Part shown: positions 57,096 through 64,000 of the stretch, piece by piece | Position numbering within the stretch: the stretch's first letter is position 1 | Layout: every line of letters begins with the position of its first letter | From: Thermodesulfobacteriota bacterium | Lineage (GTDB): Bacteria > Desulfobacterota_D > UBA1144 > Nemesobacterales > UBA2774 | Direction: 5' to 3' | Assembly (NCBI GenBank): GCA_965223335.1 | Contig: OZ244991.1 | Coordinates: 1,257,856-1,321,855 of the forward strand | DNA: 64,000 bases | The notes under the pieces: model-generated | What the model saw: only the letters and a program-made list of their open reading frames with translations | What the model was told of the DNA's origin: nothing | Database searches by the model: none | Made by a program: the position numbers and the translations under genes

Positions 57096-58447
57096 AACAG
57101 GTGCATTTCGTGGGAATAGGCGGGATAGGAATGAGTGGAATTGCCGAGGTGATGCTTAACATGGGATATGAGGTGACAGGATCGGACCTACAGAGATCAA
57201 GCTCTGTGAAGAGGTTAGAGGGGCTTGGGGCCACGGTGCATATTGGACACGACGCGGACAATATACACGGTGCTGATGTGGTGGTTAGGTCCTCTGCGAT
57301 AAGGGGGGATAACCCAGAGATCCAGGCCTCGTACACTGTAAACATACCGGTTGTGCAAAGGGCCGAGATGCTGGCCGAGCTTATGCGACTTAAATACGGT
57401 ATTGCGGTTGCCGGCAGCCACGGCAAGACCACTACCACATCTATGATAGCCACTGTGCTTACTCACGGTGGGCTCGATCCCACCATTGTTGTGGGTGGCA
57501 GGGTAGTGGCGCTTGGGACTAATGCGAAGCTTGGGCAGGGTGACTTCATGGTGGTGGAGGCCGACGAGAGTGACGGTTCGTTTCTATTGTTGTCGCCTGT
57601 GATCTCGGTGATTACCAACATAGACAAGGAGCACATGGACCACTACAGGGATCTGGAAGAATTAGAGCAGGCTTTTGTGGAGTTTGCCAACAAAATCCCG
57701 TTTTACGGGTTGGCGGTGCTCTGCGCCGACTGTCCCAAGACACTTGAGATTGCAAAGAAGTTTCCGAGAAGGGCGCTAACATACGGGTTTAGTGACGATG
57801 CTGAGCTAAGCGCCGAAAATGTTGAGATAAAGGGATTCGAAACGAGGTTTCAGGTTGTTATGGATAATAATTTGCTTGGCAGTGTAACGCTCAATGTGCC
57901 GGGCTCACATAACGTGCTCAATGCCTTGGCATCTGTGGCTGTAGGGCTTGAGCTTGGGCTTAGCTTTGAGAGGGTACAAGAGGGTTTGGCCGAGTTTAGC
58001 GGTATTGAGAGGCGTTTGGAGGTTAAGGGCAGGAACGATGATTATATGGTGGTTGACGATTACGCCCACCACCCGGCAGAGATAGCGGTCACAATAGATA
58101 CTCTAAAAAATTCACTATCCAGGAGATTGGTCGTTATATTCCAGCCCCACAGGTACTCACGCACCCAGAACCTATTTAATGAGTTCGCCACTGCATTCGG
58201 GGGTGCCGATGTGCTCTGCTTGCTAGACATTTATGCTGCGAGTGAGGACCCGATACCGGGTGTCGACAGCGAGAGCTTGGCCGAGGCTATACGTGACACA
58301 GGCCACGGGGATGTAAGCCATATATCGGACGAAGCTAAGCTCTATGGATACATTGATGAGATATTAAAACCGGGTGACGTAGTGCTCACCCTTGGAGCCG
58401 GTAACGTATGGAGAATAGCCGAGAAGATAGCAGAGAGGCTAGGGTAG
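57080..58447 (+). CDS. murC: UDP-N-acetylmuramate--L-alanine ligase
   Basis: 455 aa. HFVGIGGIGMSGIAE N-terminal motif. P-loop AGSHGKTTTTSM. GTG start overlapping the murG end; the precise start is uncertain. Confidence 0.9.
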   Translation: MYGRVKQVHFVGIGGIGMSGIAEVMLNMGYEVTGSDLQRSSSVKRLEGLGATVHIGHDADNIHGADVVVRSSAIRGDNPEIQASYTVNIPVVQRAEMLAELMRLKYGIAVAGSHGKTTTTSMIATVLTHGGLDPTIVVGGRVVALGTNAKLGQGDFMVVEADESDGSFLLLSPVISVITNIDKEHMDHYRDLEELEQAFVEFANKIPFYGLAVLCADCPKTLEIAKKFPRRALTYGFSDDAELSAENVEIKGFETRFQVVMDNNLLGSVTLNVPGSHNVLNALASVAVGLELGLSFERVQEGLAEFSGIERRLEVKGRNDDYMVVDDYAHHPAEIAVTIDTLKNSLSRRLVVIFQPHRYSRTQNLFNEFATAFGGADVLCLLDIYAASEDPIPGVDSESLAEAIRDTGHGDVSHISDEAKLYGYIDEILKPGDVVLTLGAGNVWRIAEKIAERLG

Positions 58448-58449
58448 AG

Positions 58450-59346
58450 ATGCTGCTAAACGAGATTACACAGCTTGGTTGTGAGGTACAAAAAAACTAC
58501 TCAATGAGTAGGTATACGTGGCTCCGTGTGGGTGGGGAGGCCGGTGGTGTGGTGTACCCATCGACTCTCCGTGAGTTTACGGATGTGCTGTCTATGGCGA
58601 GTGAACACGAGGTGCCGTGGGTAGTGCTCGGGGCCGGCTCAAATACCATTGTGTATGACGAGGGGATAGAGGGGGTGGTGATCTGTACAAAGAAATTAAA
58701 GAGGATTGAGATCCTCGAAGGTGACAAGGTGCTTGCAGAGACGGGTGCCATACTGGGTACGATATTGAATCAAACCGTAAAAGCCGGGCTTACGGGGTTT
58801 GAATTCGCAGCGGGGATTCCCGGCACGGTAGGCGGCGGTGTGTATATGAATGCGGGCGCCAATAACGGCGAGATCAAGGATGTGATCGACACGGTATGGG
58901 TATGGAGAGAGGGGCGGGAGTACGAGTATAAGCGAAGCGAGATTAACTTTGAGTATAGAAAGAGCAACCTGCCCGAGGGTAGTGTAGTGACAAAGGCACT
59001 TTTTCAGTTGAGCAGAGGAGATGTGGCGCAGAGTAAGCGGAATGTTAAGGAGTATATGGACAGAAGGGCGCGTACACAGCCCATCAAGATGTCGAACACT
59101 GGATCTATCTTTAAAAACCCGTCCGAGATTGCTGCGGGGCGCTTAATTGAGGAGCTTGGGCTCAAGGGATACCGAATAGGCGGGGCCGAGTTTTCGGAAA
59201 TCCACGCTAATTTCATAGTAAACACAGGTGGTGCTACAGCCGAAGATGTGCTCAGCCTAATTGAGGTTGCAAAGAAAAAAGCGTTAGTCGAGCGCGGAAT
59301 AAAGCTAGAAACCGAGGTAAAGGTAATAGGCATTAAAAAGGATTAG
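58450..59346 (+). CDS. murB: UDP-N-acetylenolpyruvoylglucosamine reductase
   Basis: The ATG at 58450 immediately follows the murC stop. FAD-binding region WVVLGAGSN and a typical MurB length (298 aa). The ORF-track start at 58408 overlaps murC. Confidence 0.88.
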   Translation: MLLNEITQLGCEVQKNYSMSRYTWLRVGGEAGGVVYPSTLREFTDVLSMASEHEVPWVVLGAGSNTIVYDEGIEGVVICTKKLKRIEILEGDKVLAETGAILGTILNQTVKAGLTGFEFAAGIPGTVGGGVYMNAGANNGEIKDVIDTVWVWREGREYEYKRSEINFEYRKSNLPEGSVVTKALFQLSRGDVAQSKRNVKEYMDRRARTQPIKMSNTGSIFKNPSEIAAGRLIEELGLKGYRIGGAEFSEIHANFIVNTGGATAEDVLSLIEVAKKKALVERGIKLETEVKVIGIKKD

Positions 59347-59347
59347 C

Positions 59348-60097
59348 ATGAAAAAAGCAATATTTAGATATTTACCAAGAGTCTTGTTGTTCATTATTTT
59401 CGTGACCGCGATCGGGTTTTTGGGCATGCTCACGCTACGCCTAAATATCCTAGCAGTGAAAGACGTGGTGATTACAGGTAACCAGAGAGTGGATCAAGTG
59501 GAGATTGTAAAAAGATCGGGACTTAGAAAAGGGGAGAGCACAATATTCTTTTTCGAGAGCAAGGTGCGTCGGAACCTCTTAAAAAACCCGTGGATAAAGG
59601 ATGTGAGGGTGGTTAAGGACTATCCCTCGGGGGTAAAAATCGAGATTGAGGAGTTTGTTCCCTACGCCTTAATGACGACTGAGCAGGGTGAGCTCTACTA
59701 CCTTAGTGAGACCGGGCAGAGGCTGGGCAAAGGCACCATGGATGAGGGTTTGGACTACCCCCTGATACTAATAGGCGACAGCATGGTAAACGAAGCTCTT
59801 ATGTCCGAGGCGCTTACTCTATTGCAGCTATCGCTGGTAAGCCATGTGCTGGGGTGGGACCAGGTCTCGCAGCTCTACCTGGACTCTATTTACGGTATTA
59901 CGTTCTATACCACGGACCGTAGGCGCATAGAGTTTAGCTCGGGTGATATTAAAGAAAAATGGCAGAGGGTGGAGAAGATAATCAAACACGCGGAGTCAAT
60001 GAACCTGCGTGAGTCTTACATCGATATAAGCCAGCTAGATATGGGAGTTGTGGATTTTAATATTGCGGTGCTCAACCAAGGAGTAGAGGATGGGTAA
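59348..60097 (+). CDS. ftsQ: cell division protein FtsQ/DivIB (POTRA domain)
   Basis: 249 aa. N-terminal TM anchor, a POTRA-like region (VKDVVITGNQRVDQVEIVKRSGL...) and a beta domain. In the standard position between murB and ftsA. Confidence 0.75.
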   Translation: MKKAIFRYLPRVLLFIIFVTAIGFLGMLTLRLNILAVKDVVITGNQRVDQVEIVKRSGLRKGESTIFFFESKVRRNLLKNPWIKDVRVVKDYPSGVKIEIEEFVPYALMTTEQGELYYLSETGQRLGKGTMDEGLDYPLILIGDSMVNEALMSEALTLLQLSLVSHVLGWDQVSQLYLDSIYGITFYTTDRRRIEFSSGDIKEKWQRVEKIIKHAESMNLRESYIDISQLDMGVVDFNIAVLNQGVEDG

Positions 60098-61319
60098 AGA
60101 AGAGAACTTGATCATAGGACTTGACCTTGGGACCACCAAGATCTGTGCCATTGTCGGTGAGCGTAACGCCTCCGACGAGGTGGAGATCATCGGTGTAGGT
60201 ATATATCCCTCATACGGATTAAAGAGGGGTGTGGTTGTGAATATCGAAAAGACGATAGAGTCCATTAAGAACGCGGTGCAGGAAGCAGAGCACATGGCCG
60301 GGTGTGAGATTAGGACTGTCTTTGTGGGTATAGCAGGCGGCCACATTAAGGGTATTAGCGGTCACGGGATGATAACAATAAGGGAGCGGGAGGTAAACAA
60401 GCGGGACCTGGAGCGTGTAATAGAGTCCGCTAACGCTGTGTTGATCCCGGCTGACCGAGAGATCATTCACGTAATACCCCAGGAGTATATGGTAGACGGA
60501 CAGAGCGGAATAAAGGATCCGATCGGCATATGCGGGGTTAAGCTTGAGACCAAGGTGCACATTGTAACAGGTCAGGTAACCGCTGCTCAGAACCTGATCA
60601 AGTGTATCCATGGGGCGGGAATGGATGTAGCCGACATAGTGCTTGAGCAGCTTGCGTCGAGCGAAGCCGTGCTTACAGAGGACGAGAAAGAGATAGGAGT
60701 GGTGCTCATTGACTGCGGCGGTGGGACAACGGACATAGCAGTGTTTTCCGGGGGCAGCATACGCTACACGGAGAATGTTACGCTGGGCGGGGACAATATT
60801 GACCGGGATATAGCGCTTGGTTTGTCTACACCGCTAACAGAGGCAAGGAAGCTAAAGGAGCGCTATGGGATGGCGCTGGCAGAGCTTGTGTCGCTTGACG
60901 AATCTATAGAGGTGCCGAGTGTGGGGGGACGACGGCCCAGACGGGTATCGCGGCGGGACCTGGCTGCGATTATAGAACCGCGGATGGAAGAGATATTCAC
61001 ACTCGCCAAACGGGAGATAAGGAAGTCGGGCTACGAGGACCTGATCCCCGCAGGAGTGGTTATCACAGGCGGGAGCGTGATAATGAACGGCACAGTAGAG
61101 CTTGCTGAGAGGGTGCTCGAAAAACCCGTCAGAATGGGTGTGCCGACCGAGGTAGGAGGGCTTGGGGACATTATTGCAAACCCTGTGTATTCAACCGGTG
61201 TGGGACTTGTGATGTACGGGGGGCAGTACGAGGGAGATAAAAAAATACGCATAAGAGACGAGAATGTGTTTAAAAAAGTTTTTGACAGTATGACAAATTG
61301 GTTTCAAGAGTTTTTTTAA
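60090..61319 (+). CDS. ftsA: cell division protein FtsA
   Basis: 409 aa. Actin-like ATPase motifs IIGLDLGTTKICAIVG and DCGGGTTDIAVF. C-terminal amphipathic tail. Confidence 0.95.
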   Translation: MGKEENLIIGLDLGTTKICAIVGERNASDEVEIIGVGIYPSYGLKRGVVVNIEKTIESIKNAVQEAEHMAGCEIRTVFVGIAGGHIKGISGHGMITIREREVNKRDLERVIESANAVLIPADREIIHVIPQEYMVDGQSGIKDPIGICGVKLETKVHIVTGQVTAAQNLIKCIHGAGMDVADIVLEQLASSEAVLTEDEKEIGVVLIDCGGGTTDIAVFSGGSIRYTENVTLGGDNIDRDIALGLSTPLTEARKLKERYGMALAELVSLDESIEVPSVGGRRPRRVSRRDLAAIIEPRMEEIFTLAKREIRKSGYEDLIPAGVVITGGSVIMNGTVELAERVLEKPVRMGVPTEVGGLGDIIANPVYSTGVGLVMYGGQYEGDKKIRIRDENVFKKVFDSMTNWFQEFF

Positions 61320-61358
61320 AAAACAAAATCCATAATTTACAAGGAGGGTGTAAATATT

Positions 61359-62438
61359 ATGGCGAATTTTGAACTAGAAGATTCCCCGTTGGACCAACGG
61401 GCAAAGATTAAGGTCATAGGAGCCGGTGGAGCGGGCGGTAATGCTGTAAATGCGATGATTCAAAGGGGACTAGGCGGTGTTGAGTTTATAGTAGCCAATA
61501 CCGATGCCCAGGATCTGACAAAGTCGCTTGCAGAGACCAAGCTCCAGATCGGTGCCAGAACAAACAAGGGACTTGGCTCCGGTGGGAATCCCACTCTTGG
61601 CAGAGAGGCGGCTATAGAGGACCAGGCAAAGATTGCCGAATCGCTCGATGGCGCCGATATGATCTTTATCACGGCAGGAATGGGGGGTGGTACCGGGACG
61701 GGCTCATCACCCGTGATAGCGCAGACCTCAAAGGAAATCGGCGCACTTACAGTCGGTGTAGTAACCAAACCGTTCGGTTTTGAGGGCCCGCGGCGCATCA
61801 AACAGGCTCTCGAGGGGATTGAGCAGCTTGAAAAAGAGGTAGACACTCTAATCGTAATCCCCAACGAAAGACTGGCTGCAGTGCATAACGTAAGCATAAT
61901 CGAGGCCTTTAAAAAAGCCGACGAGGTGCTTGACCAGGCCGTGCGCGGGATATCCGACATTATTACTGGCACGGGGTATATCAACGTGGACTTTGCCGAT
62001 GTGAAGAGCATCATGGGTGAAAACGGTGGTAAGGCACTCATGGGTTCCGGCTATGCCGAAGGCAACAACCGGGCAATCGAGGCTGCGGAGTCTGCTATCA
62101 CAAGCCCGCTACTGGAAGATATATCCATTGACGGTGCCAGGGGCATACTGCTCAACGTTACGGCTTCACCGGACTTTGGTATTGAAGAGCTTAACGATGC
62201 CTGCAACTATATCAGAGAGCGTGCCCATGATGATGTGAACTTGATATTCGGGCTCGTGTTTGACCATGAGTACCGCGAGGCCGTGCAGATTACCGTGATT
62301 GCAACGGGCATTAAAAACGCGCGTGCAGAGAATATAAAGAAGATCGTGACCGATCTTTCCGCAGAATCGCCCGAGGATGAGTTTGAGATCCCGGCATTTA
62401 TCAGAAGACGTGGTGTAAGCGAAGGCCAGCAAAGCTAG
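61359..62438 (+). CDS. ftsZ: cell division GTPase FtsZ
   Basis: AAGGAGG RBS. Tubulin signature GGGTGTG within ITAGMGGGTGTGSSPVIA. N-terminal IKVIGAGGAGGNAVN. Confidence 0.97.
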   Translation: MANFELEDSPLDQRAKIKVIGAGGAGGNAVNAMIQRGLGGVEFIVANTDAQDLTKSLAETKLQIGARTNKGLGSGGNPTLGREAAIEDQAKIAESLDGADMIFITAGMGGGTGTGSSPVIAQTSKEIGALTVGVVTKPFGFEGPRRIKQALEGIEQLEKEVDTLIVIPNERLAAVHNVSIIEAFKKADEVLDQAVRGISDIITGTGYINVDFADVKSIMGENGGKALMGSGYAEGNNRAIEAAESAITSPLLEDISIDGARGILLNVTASPDFGIEELNDACNYIRERAHDDVNLIFGLVFDHEYREAVQITVIATGIKNARAENIKKIVTDLSAESPEDEFEIPAFIRRRGVSEGQQS

Positions 62439-62537
62439 AACCGTCTATATCTAGTGGTATGTGTGGAATTACGCCCTCTTTAGATTATGGATAACTGCGT
62501 TCGATTGAATCTTTACGGTAATATTGCGGCTCCGCAT

Positions 62538-62570
62538 CCCAAAGAGCAGTTGCTTTGGGGTTTTGGTCTT
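62538..62570 (+). terminator. candidate rho-independent terminator downstream of ftsZ
   Basis: 7-bp stem CCCAAAG (62538-62544) / CTTTGGG (62553-62559) with the 8-nt loop AGCAGTTG, followed by GTTTTGGTCTT. Confidence 0.5.
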
Positions 62571-62649
62571 GAATACTTTTATACTAATGTGCTTTTATAA
62601 GTATATCGGATGAGATTAGTGTAAAGTGATAAATACGCTCTCTTTCGGT

Positions 62650-63024
62650 TTATGCCTGAGTTGATGCGCGCTCGTTTTCAAGGAAATTAAGGTCGACTTT
62701 GGGTGCATCCATCCAAAGCCCCTCGATGTCGTAAAAATCCCGTATCGAGTGGTAAAACACGTGTACAACGACGTCCACCGCGTCTATTAGGACCCAAGTG
62801 CCTTCACCGGTGCCCTCAACACCTATTGTCTTCTCACCGTGCTCTGAAAGTGTTTTTTCTATGTGCTCAACTATGGTCTTTACACCCCTTGCAGAGTCGG
62901 CACTGCATATTAAAAAGTAGTCCGTGACGTCACTCAGCTTTGACACATCTATAAGCACCGGCTCGATAGCCTTTTTTTCAGAGGCGGCAGAGGCGATGAT
63001 CTTGGATTTATCTATAGAATTTAT
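62650..63024 (-). CDS. rsfS: ribosomal silencing factor RsfS (Iojap family); start inferred at a non-AUG AUA codon overlapping the nadD stop
   Basis: The C-terminal 102 aa form the ORF 62650-62958. The in-frame upstream sequence (...SINSIDKSKIIASAASEKKAIEPVLIDVSKLSDVTDYFLICSA...) continues the RsfS homology to an in-frame TGA, with no ATG/GTG/TTG anywhere except the GTG that would truncate the conserved N-terminal helix. A perfect AAGGAG SD lies 8 nt before an ATA at 63024-63022. Confidence 0.7.
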   Translation of the reverse strand: MNSIDKSKIIASAASEKKAIEPVLIDVSKLSDVTDYFLICSADSARGVKTIVEHIEKTLSEHGEKTIGVEGTGEGTWVLIDAVDVVVHVFYHSIRDFYDIEGLWMDAPKVDLNFLENERASTQA

Positions 63025-63692
63025 AGAACCGTCTCCTTTCGATAGAGCTCGTTTTGTGCGATATAGGTTTCGACATCTTCAGTTACAAGATATCTAACAG
63101 TTCTGCCTTGATTGACGTAGGTACGGATGAGGGTAGATGAGACTTGCATCCCTTGTATTTTTACAAAGGTCAGTACTTTTTGACTTCTATGCTGGTAAGT
63201 AGTCACGCTGTCTGTGCTATCAACATAACGGAAATCGTCCCTGAACGCAAGCGGTAGCTCGGTCTGAACTCGATCCTCGTAACCGGGTCTCTGCACCACG
63301 GCAAAGTTTGTAATACTTAGAAGTTCTTTGTAATCTTTCCAGCTCGAAATACCATCGAGCAGTTCATTGCCGATAATAAAATAGGGCTCTGCGGCGGGGT
63401 TTAGCTGGGAGAACTCTTTTAGCGTATCTATACTATAGGACGTCCCGCCTCGTCTGATCTCTATGTCTGAAACGGTGAAGTAGTCGTTGTCACGTGTGGC
63501 AAGCTCGAGCATCCGAAGCCGGTCGTCTACAGGCGATACATAGCTCTGGGTTTTATGGGGGGGAGTGTATGCGGGGATAAATATTATTTCTTCTAACTGG
63601 AGGGTCTCGCGTATCTCCTCTGCACCCCTTAGGTGACCGACATGTATGGGATCGAAAGTCCCGCCTAGTAGTCCTACTTTTGATTTAGGCAT
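63021..63692 (-). CDS. nadD: nicotinate-nucleotide adenylyltransferase
   Basis: 223 aa. N-terminal GLLGGTFDPIHVGH (HxGH nucleotidyltransferase motif). Confidence 0.95.
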   Translation of the reverse strand: MPKSKVGLLGGTFDPIHVGHLRGAEEIRETLQLEEIIFIPAYTPPHKTQSYVSPVDDRLRMLELATRDNDYFTVSDIEIRRGGTSYSIDTLKEFSQLNPAAEPYFIIGNELLDGISSWKDYKELLSITNFAVVQRPGYEDRVQTELPLAFRDDFRYVDSTDSVTTYQHRSQKVLTFVKIQGMQVSSTLIRTYVNQGRTVRYLVTEDVETYIAQNELYRKETVL

Positions 63693-63736
63693 CTGTATTT
63701 AGCATAAAGTATTATAGCGATTCGTTAAAATCGTTG

Positions 63737-64000
63737 TTATTTAGCTATGTAGCCCTCTACCATAAATTCTTCGCCAAATTTTCTTACTTGCATGTTCTCA
63801 AGTGCAATCGAGTTTTTGACGATGGTGATTCCCAGGTCTCCGATCATCGGGAGGCCGCTGCCACCCATTAGCTTTGGAGAATAAAATAAAACGACTTTGT
63901 CTACTATCTTGGCATGGAGCGCCGACGCAGCTACTGTACTCCCGCCTTCTATCAACACGCTCATCTTGCCGAGCTCTCCCAGTTTGCTAAATAGCTTTTT
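63737..64000 (-). CDS. ribD: riboflavin biosynthesis RibD-type reductase domain (C-terminal part), partial; N-terminus beyond window end
   Basis: The minus-strand frame is open to position 64000. C-terminal ...LIEGGSTVAASALHAKIVDKVVLFYSPKLMGG... matches the RibD_C / DHFR-like reductase fold. Confidence 0.6.
   Translation of the reverse strand, partial: KKLFSKLGELGKMSVLIEGGSTVAASALHAKIVDKVVLFYSPKLMGGSGLPMIGDLGITIVKNSIALENMQVRKFGEEFMVEGYIAK

Noticed and set aside
1-64000. Looked for CRISPR arrays, tRNA/rRNA genes, IS/transposase or integrase genes, and toxin-antitoxin or restriction-modification genes
   Set aside because: None found. There are no regularly spaced direct repeats. Intergenic regions lack tRNA-like T-arm/anticodon structure. 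No ORF shows DDE/recombinase or other defence hallmarks. The methyltransferase at 21212-21934 is a small-molecule or RNA-type class I MTase with no adjacent endonuclease.

Overview
This is a gene-dense bacterial chromosomal segment of about 50% GC, with roughly 58 protein-coding genes on both strands. I found no rRNA, tRNA, CRISPR array, transposase or integrase.

The clearest landmark is a complete division/cell-wall (dcw) cluster at 45.9-62.4 kb: mraZ-rsmH-ftsL-ftsI-murE-murF-mraY-murD-ftsW-murG-murC-murB-ftsQ-ftsA-ftsZ. It has no ddl gene, its MurE carries a DNPR motif (meso-DAP type), and it is preceded by a near-consensus sigma70 promoter followed by phased GTGG[T/C] MraZ-type operator repeats.

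Other recognisable housekeeping genes:
- a glycine cleavage operon, gcvT-gcvH-gcvP, with a single-chain P protein
- a serA-hisZ-purA operon
- lgt-trkA, ribF, aroE, aroQ, dnaJ, phoH, tatC, def, a nifS-like cysteine desulfurase, recJ and murJ
- nadD-rsfS
- a partial ribD at the 3' edge and a partial M28 peptidase at the 5' edge.

The parts worth a second look are:
- a secreted fusion of an alpha-acetolactate-decarboxylase domain to a cyclase/kynurenine-formamidase-like domain (25.1-26.6 kb)
- a secreted His/Lys-rich and Tyr-rich protein ending in a DUF4124-like motif (28.9-29.6 kb)
- a GH5 cellulase with tandem [Asp-rich Cys-bracketed motif + CBM2] modules (38.4-40.4 kb), convergent with a 1029-aa lipoprotein carrying six CxxCH haem sites (40.5-43.5 kb)
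- a minimal K+ channel with a TxGYGD filter, divergent from a SAM-methyltransferase
- rsfS apparently starting at an AUA codon that overlaps the nadD stop.

The sequence does not support a canonical defence island or mobile element. The cellulase/multihaem-cytochrome pair and the ALDC-cyclase fusion are the best candidates for an undescribed system. All family assignments are by eye from conserved motifs and need HMM/BLAST confirmation.
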